Assembly (NCBI GenBank): GCA_049976425.1
Contig: JBMFIG010000003.1
Location: 31,188 to 95,187, forward strand
DNA from: Thermoproteus sp.
Lineage (GTDB): Archaea > Thermoproteota > Thermoprotei > Thermoproteales > Thermoproteaceae
Reading direction: 5' to 3'
DNA length: 64,000 bases
Shown here: piece by piece, positions 55,940 to 64,000 of the stretch
Numbering within the stretch: the first letter of the stretch is position 1
Layout: each line of letters begins with the position of its first letter
The notes under the pieces: generated by a model
Seen by the model: only the letters and a program-made list of their open reading frames with translations
Told to the model about the DNA's origin: nothing
Database searches by the model: none
Program-made: the position numbers and the translations under genes

Positions 55940-58827
55940 CACCTGATTTTAAGTGTTACTATCTCGTAGTTCCTGTAGGAGAAGCGGACGGAGTCGCCGT
56001 CGACGGACAGCTCCCTGGCCACGTCGCCCAGCTCCAACAAGTCCGTGGAGCGGACGGACGACGGCTTGAACCAGAGCCTCAAGACGCCGGTCCCCCTCTT
56101 GTTGTAGGCCTCGTACAGCCTCACGACCACGCCGTCGCCGTCCTCGGCCCTCTTGACGGACTCGAGCACGAGGTTGTCCTGCGGCAGTTCTCCGAAAGAC
56201 CGCGAGCCGCCCTTCCCCGAGACGACGAACGGGCGGTATATGGCGGAGTAGGCCTCCCTCGGGATCGAGGCGGCGCGCCAGTCGCCCACGTGGGGCTCCA
56301 GGACGACGACGGCCTCGTTGTCCTCGGCGTCGGCGAGCGGGTCGGGGAATATGGGCGTGGTGGCCAGGCTTATGCCGACCCTCGCCCCCCTCACGGTCGC
56401 CCCGTGTTTCGAGTCGGAGAACACCGCGACGCCGTAGTCGGCCTCCGATATGTCGAGCCAGTGGAGGAACGGGACCTCGAACCTGGCGACGTCCCAGCTG
56501 GTGTTCGTCGTCGTGGGCCTCTCCACGTTGCCGAAAGGCACCTCGAAGACCGCCTTGTCGGCGTTGAGGTCGAAGTGGAACCAGAGCTTCAACAGCCTCT
56601 CCCTATCGCGTAGCGAGGTCCTCACGACGAGCTCCACGCGCCTCTTGCCGGCGTAGATCCTGACCCTCTCCTCGACGGTCGACTTGAGGAACTTGAAGAC
56701 GAGGCGCAACGACGCCCTGTAGGGCCCCGCCTCGACCACCTCGGCCTTCTCCAAGGCGGCCCTCACGCCGGACTCCTCGAAACGCGGCTCCACGTCCCAG
56801 GCGTCCCAGACTGGGATGTTCTCGTGGGCCACCAACACGTTCCCCTCGCCCCTCAGCACCTCCCTGCCGGCCTCCTTGTCGAATACGGACTTGAACGCCC
56901 CGGTGGCGCCGTCGACGACGATCCTCAGATATTTGTTCTCGAGGACGAAATCCCCGCCGGCCGCGACGGCGGTTGCCCTATCGCCGACGTCGGCTGGCTT
57001 GACCTCGGCGTAGCCGAGAGGCGGTAGCTCGACCGGCGCGAGGCAGCCGTCCTCGGCCTCCTGGCACCCGGCCACCCGCGCCTGGACGTATTCGAGGCGC
57101 CTCCACGGAAGCGAGTTGAACGCAATAGGCGCGCCGCCGGGACCCGCGAGGGCCGCGGCCGCCCTCTCCGCCTGCGATCTGGCCCTCGCTATCACGTCCT
57201 CGAGCTCTGCGTAGACTGTCCTGTAGACGTCGTTGATGGCGCTGCCGGGAAGCACGTCGTGGAACTGGTCCTTCAACACGATCTTCCACAACGGCCCCGC
57301 GTCGAAGTCCAGGCCGGCCACGGCGCTCCAGAGCTCGGCCTCTCTCAGCCAGCGCTCGGCCTCGGCGTGTAGCCGCTTCATCTTGCTGTGCGATGTGTAG
57401 ACCCCGCGGTGGACCTCCACGTACAGCTCGCCGCGCCACCGCGCCTTGGGCTTGGGCTCGTAGGGCCCCTCGAGCTGGACAGACGGCAGTATCGGCATCT
57501 CGTCCACCGCCTCGGCCCTGTAGAGCATCTCCTCCGTGGGCCCCCCTCCGCCGTCCCCCCACCCGAAGGAGTAGAGGATCGGCCCTCCGCCGTTCCAGGA
57601 CCTGGCCTGCTCCAGGACGGACTTGGCGGTGAAGTCCGAGTTGTAGCCGCCTTTGCCGAAGCCGAAGGCCACCGCCGGTATGGCAGTTCCGTCGAGCGCC
57701 TCCCAGAAGAACTCGTTGTAGGGGAACTTGTTGGTGTCGTTCCACGCCACCTTGTGGGTCGCGAAGATCTTGAAGCCCGCCAGCTTGGCTATCTGGGGCA
57801 ATTGCGCCGAGAAGCCGAAGGTGTCGGGGAGCCAGAGTATCTCGGCGAGGCGGCCGAACCTCTGTAGGAAGTACCTCTGGGAGTACAGCATTTGCCTCGC
57901 CAAGGATTCTCCCGTCACTACGTTGGTGTCCGGCTCCACGTAGCCGCCGGCGAGCACCCAGAGGCTCGCCTCGACGGCGTCCTTGATGGGGCCCAACAAG
58001 CCCGCCTCCTCGGCCCATTCGTAGTAGAGCGCGCTGCTCTGCAGGAAGCGGAACCTCCGCCTCGACATCAAGGCGAGGACCGTCGAGAAGGTCCTCTCGA
58101 CCTTCCTCCTCGTCTCGTCGAAGTTCCAAAGCCACGCCGCGTCTATATGGGCGTGCCCGAACGCCGCCAGGACGCCGCTCTTGCCGTAGCGCCTCCTCAA
58201 CTCGGCCAGCCCCTCCCGGAGGGCCTTGAGGGCTCTCCCGAAGTCGGGCCTGGCCTCCCTAAGCCCCGCCGCCTCGGGCGAGAAGCCCTCCGGCAGATAG
58301 TCCAGTAGGTAGGAATACCGCTTGTCGAAGAACAGAGCCACCTCTATCTGGTCGGGCGTCACGCCGAGGAACAGCCCCCTCAAGGCCGAGTCCACGACGT
58401 CGAGTATCTCCTCCGCCTGACTCCCGGGGCCTAGGGCCTCCGCCAGCTCCAACGCGGTGGTCGCGTAGGCCCAGAGCCTGAACCCCTCCTCGTCCCTCTC
58501 GGCGTAGATAGGCGCGCCGGGGCTCGCGCCCACCCTCTGGCCGAAGTCGGCGTACGGCGTCATCCTCAGCTCGACCCTGTGTCTGCCCGGGGGGAGCGGG
58601 ACGTAGAGGTGGGCGTTGTCGAGGCCGAAATACGGCCTGCCGTCGAGCAACACGAGCGCGGAGCCCTTCCTGTCCTTGAAGAAGAGGAGGGCCCCCTCCC
58701 CGGCCTCCACTTGGAGGGACCCGTCGGCCTCCCACCGAAGCCTCTTGATATTCCTAAAGGACGCCGCGAGGGCCAGAAAAGCCCGCCTCCTCAACGGCTC
58801 CAGCCTAGCCTCCCAGCTGTTCGACAT
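55939..58827 (-). CDS. GH38 alpha-mannosidase
   Basis: GHAHID.AWLW, GG.VEPD.N...GESL.RQ, WLPDTFG (nucleophile), FG.GDGGGGPT, GELY.E.HRG.YTS, QFHD.LPGS, K.AED....VRLYE. Confidence 0.95.
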   Translation of the reverse strand: MSNSWEARLEPLRRRAFLALAASFRNIKRLRWEADGSLQVEAGEGALLFFKDRKGSALVLLDGRPYFGLDNAHLYVPLPPGRHRVELRMTPYADFGQRVGASPGAPIYAERDEEGFRLWAYATTALELAEALGPGSQAEEILDVVDSALRGLFLGVTPDQIEVALFFDKRYSYLLDYLPEGFSPEAAGLREARPDFGRALKALREGLAELRRRYGKSGVLAAFGHAHIDAAWLWNFDETRRKVERTFSTVLALMSRRRFRFLQSSALYYEWAEEAGLLGPIKDAVEASLWVLAGGYVEPDTNVVTGESLARQMLYSQRYFLQRFGRLAEILWLPDTFGFSAQLPQIAKLAGFKIFATHKVAWNDTNKFPYNEFFWEALDGTAIPAVAFGFGKGGYNSDFTAKSVLEQARSWNGGGPILYSFGWGDGGGGPTEEMLYRAEAVDEMPILPSVQLEGPYEPKPKARWRGELYVEVHRGVYTSHSKMKRLHAEAERWLREAELWSAVAGLDFDAGPLWKIVLKDQFHDVLPGSAINDVYRTVYAELEDVIARARSQAERAAAALAGPGGAPIAFNSLPWRRLEYVQARVAGCQEAEDGCLAPVELPPLGYAEVKPADVGDRATAVAAGGDFVLENKYLRIVVDGATGAFKSVFDKEAGREVLRGEGNVLVAHENIPVWDAWDVEPRFEESGVRAALEKAEVVEAGPYRASLRLVFKFLKSTVEERVRIYAGKRRVELVVRTSLRDRERLLKLWFHFDLNADKAVFEVPFGNVERPTTTNTSWDVARFEVPFLHWLDISEADYGVAVFSDSKHGATVRGARVGISLATTPIFPDPLADAEDNEAVVVLEPHVGDWRAASIPREAYSAIYRPFVVSGKGGSRSFGELPQDNLVLESVKRAEDGDGVVVRLYEAYNKRGTGVLRLWFKPSSVRSTDLLELGDVARELSVDGDSVRFSYRNYEIVTLKIR

Positions 58828-58873
58828 GCTACCTAGATAGACGGCCGTTAAAAAGGCACTCTGTATACCGAGC

Positions 58874-59311
58874 TCAGACCAACACGCAGTCGAGGCCCTC
58901 GGCCCTCGCCGCGTCGCACAGCCTGGCGTCGCCTGTCGCCAACGTCGAGGCGGTCGCCTTCGCCGTGGCTATCTGCAAGGCGTCGGCTATGTAGAGGCCG
59001 TGGCGCTCCACGTAGGGCGTCGAGGCCAACACAGCCGAGACCGTCAGCGGAATTACCTTCATGGAGCCTATCCTCGTAAGCCTCTTGACGTCTCCCAAAA
59101 GCCTGCTCTTGAGCCTCGGGTATAGCTCCGGCGCGCCCGCTCTCCGGACCGCCTTGTGCAGAGCCGACAGAGCCTCCCCTATGTTGAACGCGTTCAGGAC
59201 TAGCGTCGCCTCGCCGCCGTAAGCCGCCACGAAATACCTCCTGACAGCGTCTGAGCCCTCCTCCTTCACGTACCTCTTAACGAGCGCGCTGGTGTCTAGA
59301 CACAGCCTCAT
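58874..59311 (-). CDS. vapC: VapC PIN-domain toxin
   Basis: LDTSALVKRY..E.GS, GE.LS, ADALQIATA and TGD motifs. Confidence 0.9.
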   Translation of the reverse strand: MRLCLDTSALVKRYVKEEGSDAVRRYFVAAYGGEATLVLNAFNIGEALSALHKAVRRAGAPELYPRLKSRLLGDVKRLTRIGSMKVIPLTVSAVLASTPYVERHGLYIADALQIATAKATASTLATGDARLCDAARAEGLDCVLV

Positions 59312-59522
59312 CCCTCATCTCCCGGACCACCTCCGACGCCTTCACCCCAAGATCCACCGGCTCGAAGTCGAGCTCCTCCCCGGCCTCCTGCACCTCGCCG
59401 AAGTACTCCCTCAGTATCCTCTCGAGGAGCTCCGAGGCGTCTAAGCCCTCCCTCACCGCCTCCTCCTTCAGACGGCGCCAGACAGACGCGTCGATATATA
59501 TGCTCGTACGTATCTTCTCCAC
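59277..59522 (-). CDS. vapB: RHH antitoxin
   Basis: RTSIYID..VW..LK..A......SELLE..LR; 'ASEVVREMRD' overlapping vapC. Confidence 0.85.
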   Translation of the reverse strand: MEKIRTSIYIDASVWRRLKEEAVREGLDASELLERILREYFGEVQEAGEELDFEPVDLGVKASEVVREMRDEAVSRHQRAR

Positions 59523-59639
59523 AAAGTAAGAAGATAAGAGCATATATAAGTCTTGATGCGGCACGCGCGGAGGCCTCCGGTCGTACGTATCACCGCCAGC
59601 CGGCGGCCAACTTTTTTATTCCGCGGTAGCGGATCCCCC

Positions 59640-60350
59640 GTGATCAAGGCCGTGTTGTTCGACTTCGACGGCACGTTGGTCGACGACTCCGACGCCAAGA
59701 AGAGGGCGCAGTTCGCCGTCGCCAAGTTCTTGACCGAGAGGTACGGCGTCAGGCTCCACAAGACGGCCGACCTCATAGCCCAGATAGACGAGGAGATGGA
59801 TGAGAGGCAGATATACTCGCGGGAGGAGAGGTGGCGGGAGCTCTTCAGGAGGCTCGGCCTGCTCTACGACGAGGAGATAGGCGCGTCCCTCACCGATATG
59901 TACTTCTCCGAATACTCGAGGGCCTCACGCCCCTTCAAGGACACCCTGGTCCTCCTCCACTTCCTCAGAGGCAGAGTGAAGCTGGGCATAGTGACGGACA
60001 CCGACGGCGTGCCGGGGCTCAAGAGGGAGAGGCTGAGGAGGAGCGGGGTTCCTCTAGAGCTCTTCGACGTGGTCGTCGTGGCGGGGGAGGACACGGGCTT
60101 CACTAAGCCCAGCGCCACGCCGTTCAGCTTCGCCATGGCCAAGCTAGGGGTCGGGCCTTGGCAGGCCGTGTACGTTGGGGACAAGGCGTACGCCGACGTC
60201 CCCGGCGCAAGGGAGGCGGGGATGTACACCGTCATAATCCACAGAGGGAGGCAGAGCGAGCCTAGGTCGCCGGAGCAGAGGCCGGACCTCGTGCTGGGCT
60301 CCCTCGCCCAGCTCCAATTCGCCTTGAGGTGGCCCGAGAGGAGGCTATAG
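59640..60350 (+). CDS. HAD-superfamily class IA hydrolase
   Basis: AVLFDFDGTL, IVTD, KP, YVGD...DV.GA..AGM. Confidence 0.88.
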   Translation: MIKAVLFDFDGTLVDDSDAKKRAQFAVAKFLTERYGVRLHKTADLIAQIDEEMDERQIYSREERWRELFRRLGLLYDEEIGASLTDMYFSEYSRASRPFKDTLVLLHFLRGRVKLGIVTDTDGVPGLKRERLRRSGVPLELFDVVVVAGEDTGFTKPSATPFSFAMAKLGVGPWQAVYVGDKAYADVPGAREAGMYTVIIHRGRQSEPRSPEQRPDLVLGSLAQLQFALRWPERRL

Positions 60351-61169
60351 GAACTCGTCGAGACCCCGCCTCGCCTCCCTAGCCGCCCTCCACTCCTCCT
60401 CGGCGGTTCTGCAGACCACGCCGAGCTCGGCGCATTTGGCCTTGATCTCGCGGGACTTCTCGGCCCACCAGCCTCGGCCCGGCCTCGCCTCGATCCCGAC
60501 CGCGGCCAGCATGGAGTCGGCCCCGGGCCGCGGCCTATATCTGTCCAGAGTCACCTCGCTCCCGGTCTTCCTCGCCACGTCGAGGATAGGCCCGTAGTCC
60601 TCCTCGCCGTCGTTTACGCCGGGTATCAAGGGGCCTAGAAATATCCAGGTCCTGACGCCGAGCTCCGACAACATGTGGAGGGCGCGCGCCCTAGCCCTAG
60701 GCGGAGGCGCTCCGGGCTCCAACAGACGGGCGACGTCTTGGCGGAAGGTGGTGATGGTCATCCCCACGTCGACCCTATCCCTGTAGACGAACAGGAGGTC
60801 CATGTCCTTGAGGACGTAGGTCGACTTGGTCTGTATAGACGCCTTGAAGCCCGCCGGGAGCAGTATCTCTAGGGACCGGCGCGTCAGCCTGTACTTGGCC
60901 TCGACCGGCTGGTAGGGATCCGTCACGGTGGATATGCCGACGACGCCCGGCCTCAAGGCCTTGACCTCGCGGGCCAACACCTCGGGGAGGTTCGCCTTCA
61001 CGTAGACGACCTCCCCCCAGAGATCGCCGGGCTCCCCCCTGGTGAAGTCCCTCGCGTAGCAGTACCGGCACCCGTGGAGGCAGCCGAGGTAGGGGTTTAG
61101 GGCGTAGTCGTACTCGGGGAGGCCCGACCTGGCCAGGCCCCGCGACGTCCTTATCTCGACGACCCTCAC
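60345..61169 (-). CDS. SplB-like radical SAM protein
   Basis: LNPY.GCLHGCRYCYA (CxxxCxxC), VK.N, ST.TDPYQP.E, TKS, GP.IPG.ND. Confidence 0.88.
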   Translation of the reverse strand: MRVVEIRTSRGLARSGLPEYDYALNPYLGCLHGCRYCYARDFTRGEPGDLWGEVVYVKANLPEVLAREVKALRPGVVGISTVTDPYQPVEAKYRLTRRSLEILLPAGFKASIQTKSTYVLKDMDLLFVYRDRVDVGMTITTFRQDVARLLEPGAPPPRARARALHMLSELGVRTWIFLGPLIPGVNDGEEDYGPILDVARKTGSEVTLDRYRPRPGADSMLAAVGIEARPGRGWWAEKSREIKAKCAELGVVCRTAEEEWRAAREARRGLDEFL

Positions 61170-62320
61170 GGAGGCTCCGCCCTGCACCTATCCGCCGACG
61201 CCTCGAAGCTCGACACCTTCAGAGGCCGGGCGTAGAGGGCGCCGCCCTCCTCGTAGAACACCGCGGCGTTGTCGGCGTAGGCCGAAAGCCCCCTCTCCTC
61301 CGACACCGAGACTATCAGCGGTATGCCTGCGTCCCTCAGAAGGGCCGAGTTCCTCCTGAAGGTCTCCAAGGCGAGGTCTTGGCCGAGCAAGGCGAACTCC
61401 ACGTCGAGCCAGTCGGTGATGAGGACGTCGGGCCGCACCTCCTCGATAGCCTTGTAGAGGCCGTAGGTCAGCCACCAGTACTTATCCGGCCTGACCTCCA
61501 CCCTCCTCGCCACGACCTTCCCGCCCAGCCTCTCGACGTATGCATGGAAGCGGAGGGGGTCGACGCCTCTGGCCGCGAAGAGGACCGTCGCGCCGCGCTT
61601 GGATATGTTGGCCGCCGTCCTCGCCAAGAACTTCAGATAGGACGCGGTGGCCGGCGCGACGAAGACGGTCACGGAGCCCGGCTCCAGAGGCCCGAGCAGT
61701 GTGTCGACGCAGGTGTCGGTGGCCAGCGGCTGGCCGGCCCTCCTCCTAGCCGGCTTGAGCTCGTCCAGAAGGACTAGGCCGACGCCCTCGACGATCTCGA
61801 AGGCCTTGACGAAGCCGGCCGGCCTCCCCCTCATCTTCTCGAAATCCATGTAGCGGGTCGGGATGCCCCGCTCCGACACCCTCCTGACGAGGTGGATTAT
61901 GTTGTCGGCTATATAGCTGAGCGGGTCCGCCCCCTCCTCCTCGGCCGTCAGCAGTATGTCGACGCCGGTGGGTTTGAGGGCTCTGTACATGACGTTGGTG
62001 AGGTGGCCCCTCACGTCGAGGCCCTGCAGTTGGCTGATGGAGTCCAGCACGAGGAGGGAGGGCCCCTCCTCTGTGGCGAGCGCAACGACGTAGTTGAAGA
62101 CGTCCTCCGCCTTGGCCAAGACGGCGTCCCATATATGGGCCTTGCTCAAGTCGTAGCCGAGAGCCGCCGCGTCCTTGACCAACGTGTCTCTGTCCTCGTA
62201 GAAGGACACCCAGAGGACCTTCTCCCCGCGCCTCAGCCTCTCGGCCGCTATATGCGCCGCGAAGGTCGTCTTGCCGGTCCCAGGCCTGCCGTAGACGAGC
62301 GTAATCCCCTTGAGGTCCAC
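61166..62320 (-). CDS. KaiC/RAD55-like RecA-superfamily ATPase with degenerate second domain
   Basis: G.PGTGKTT, SFYE, LDSI, YIAD.II.L, EKMRG; second repeat lacks Walker A. Confidence 0.85.
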   Translation of the reverse strand: MDLKGITLVYGRPGTGKTTFAAHIAAERLRRGEKVLWVSFYEDRDTLVKDAAALGYDLSKAHIWDAVLAKAEDVFNYVVALATEEGPSLLVLDSISQLQGLDVRGHLTNVMYRALKPTGVDILLTAEEEGADPLSYIADNIIHLVRRVSERGIPTRYMDFEKMRGRPAGFVKAFEIVEGVGLVLLDELKPARRRAGQPLATDTCVDTLLGPLEPGSVTVFVAPATASYLKFLARTAANISKRGATVLFAARGVDPLRFHAYVERLGGKVVARRVEVRPDKYWWLTYGLYKAIEEVRPDVLITDWLDVEFALLGQDLALETFRRNSALLRDAGIPLIVSVSEERGLSAYADNAAVFYEEGGALYARPLKVSSFEASADRCRAEPP

Positions 62321-62348
62321 TCGATAGATAACGTAAGGATTTTAAAGC

Positions 62349-63563
62349 TTAGAGGGCCGTCTTGAGTATCTTCACGACGCGGGACTTGGAGTACCAGACG
62401 TCTAGCGGCAGGCGGAGGTGCGAGGCCATGTAGGCCAAGGCCTCCCCGAGGTCGTCGAACTTCTCGGGCCGCTCCTTGAAGAGAGCCCTCACGTTCTCCC
62501 GCACGAACCAGACCCCCACGGGCAGGTCGAAGCCGGGGTAGATCTCGCGCCACAACACCACCGCCGCCTGCCTCCCCATGGCGCGTAGGGCCTCGGCCGC
62601 CGCCAGCCTCGCCGCGTAGTAGCAACCGCCGATGGACGGATAGGTCGTCCTTCCTTGAGGGCCCTCCCAGTCCACCTCGACCTCCGGCGAGCCCCCGAAG
62701 TAGTTCCAGGTAGTGCCCGGCCACCAAGCCTCGCCCCACTCGTACATGAAGCCCCTAGGCGCCAGGAGCCCCACGAAGGCGTTGCCGCGCGTCCTCCTCA
62801 CGTAGACCAGATAGCGGTCGAGGACCGGCATCCTCCTCACCTCGGCCAGCAGGCGGTCCGACAGCTGTTTGTCCACCGCCGTGATGCTCCAGCGGGTCGG
62901 CACCAGCCTCCTCCGGCGGCCTACGCCGAGAGCCCCCACGCTCAACATCCTCGATATCCGGTGCACGTCGATCCCCGACCTGTAGAGATCCCATATGGCC
63001 TCACCCGCGGGGTAGTCGAGGTCGTTGTAGGCCCTCTCCACCGCCCTCTCGGGAGGCGGGAGCGAGCCGAGGCGGAGGGAGCGCAGAGGGGAGGCCGGGC
63101 CGAAGGGAGGCGCGTGCTCGTCCAGGACCGGCTCGGGCCTCAAGGGCCTCTTGAGCTCCAGCTCGACCTCAGCCGGCCGCGGCGACAGGGAGAGGAGCTG
63201 CACGTCCTGGAGAAGGCGGCTGGGGCTCCTCGCGGAGTCCACGTCGGCCTCCAAGGCGCCGCGCGCCAAGATCAGGCGGGATGCCAAGAACTCCTCGAGG
63301 CTCATCTCCAGCCAAGCTCTGGGGTCCTCAAGCCTAGACGTGTCCCCCTCCACGGGAGGCACCGAGGGGTAGACCCTCACGCGGGGCCACCCGACCCTCC
63401 CCACGAAGACGCTCGGCGGAGAGGAGCCCGCCACAGACGACCTGCCGGCGACGGCCTCCACGTACTGCCTAACCCTCGCCTTGACCAAGACCGGGCAGTA
63501 GGGCAGGCCGCAGAGCATCTTGGTCCCTCTACACCTAATACACAGCGACGGGTCTATCCGCAC
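62349..63563 (-). CDS. nre: Nre-family DNA repair protein (DUF650/DUF651)
   Basis: C..C.G...LCG...CP, GSSPPSVFVG..G.P.V, RRLVPTRWSITAVD, GGCYYAARL, REI..G...PVGVW.VRE..R. Confidence 0.9.
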   Translation of the reverse strand: MRIDPSLCIRCRGTKMLCGLPYCPVLVKARVRQYVEAVAGRSSVAGSSPPSVFVGRVGWPRVRVYPSVPPVEGDTSRLEDPRAWLEMSLEEFLASRLILARGALEADVDSARSPSRLLQDVQLLSLSPRPAEVELELKRPLRPEPVLDEHAPPFGPASPLRSLRLGSLPPPERAVERAYNDLDYPAGEAIWDLYRSGIDVHRISRMLSVGALGVGRRRRLVPTRWSITAVDKQLSDRLLAEVRRMPVLDRYLVYVRRTRGNAFVGLLAPRGFMYEWGEAWWPGTTWNYFGGSPEVEVDWEGPQGRTTYPSIGGCYYAARLAAAEALRAMGRQAAVVLWREIYPGFDLPVGVWFVRENVRALFKERPEKFDDLGEALAYMASHLRLPLDVWYSKSRVVKILKTAL

Positions 63564-63664
63564 TCAGAACACCCAAAAGGTAAATATAAACGCGACGGGC
63601 GCCGCCGCGGCGCGTCCGGCAGAAGGCCTGCCGCCGGCCGGCTCCGCGCGCCGCCAACGCCGCG

Positions 63665-64000
63665 TCAGTACCCCCCGCTCGACTTGGCGACGGCCGCCTC
63701 TGCCTCCTCCAGCAACTGCCTGTACCGCTCGGGGCTGTAGGGGCCGACCCTCACGGCGGAGAGCTTGAGCGACATGTCGATGACGACGGTCTCGTTGTAG
63801 AGGCCCAGCCCCATCCGCAGATTGACGGAAGCGGACAGAGGCACGCCGTAGGCCTCGCAGATCTCCGCGGTGTAGTTCCCCGTCCCATTCGGGAGGCCGG
63901 CCAGACCGGGGATAGAGCCGGCGCTCATGTTGCCCGAGCCGCGGAGCTCGACCCCAGTGTAGTTGAGGTAGGTGCAGTTCCCCGACGCCTGCATGGCCCC
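63665..64000 (-). CDS. 3' part of a hypothetical, probably extracellular protein (runs off the window)
   Basis: Open frame to the window end; several N-x-S/T sequons (NCT, NYT, NMS, NGT, NET). Confidence 0.55.
   Translation of the reverse strand, partial: GAMQASGNCTYLNYTGVELRGSGNMSAGSIPGLAGLPNGTGNYTAEICEAYGVPLSASVNLRMGLGLYNETVVIDMSLKLSAVRVGPYSPERYRQLLEEAEAAVAKSSGGY

Noticed and set aside
2156-63768. Many long antisense or alternate-frame ORFs (e.g. 2467-3717, 16387-17622, 23584-24693, 44128-45396, 56978-58135)
   Set aside because: Shadow ORFs of GC-rich genes; they overlap well-supported genes and carry no motifs.
1-64000. CRISPR arrays, rRNA, IS elements or transposases
   Set aside because: No regularly spaced repeats, rRNA signatures or transposase motifs were seen.

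Overview
GC-rich crenarchaeal chromosome segment. It is most consistent with Thermoproteales (Thermoproteus/Pyrobaculum-like), inferred from leaderless GTG/ATG starts about 25 nt behind TTTAAA-type TATA boxes, a tRNA-Ala with a 29/30 BHB intron, and a stand-alone rpl5. Most of the window is housekeeping: acs/satP, tiaS, purP x2, purA, purB, pelota, rpl5, rpl10e, nac, alaS, aglB, aIF2-alpha, nop10, a liv-type ABC transporter and nre. Interspersed are three VapBC pairs, a HEPN-MNT pair, a box C/D sRNA and several small ORFs below the ORF-track cutoff. The outstanding feature is a ~13 kb, partly decaying catabolic island (46.1-58.8 kb) just downstream of aglB-aIF2a-nop10. It combines a SuyAB-type sulfolactate sulfo-lyase, an aldehyde dehydrogenase, a truncated SDR, an enolase-superfamily enzyme and a GntR regulator with a GH116 beta-glycosidase, a GH38 alpha-mannosidase and NagA. 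This matches the sugars of crenarchaeal sulfoquinovose-containing N-glycans and suggests an archaeal N-glycan-foraging and sulfoquinovose-to-sulfite pathway (inference). All family calls rest on motif recognition; no database search was run.
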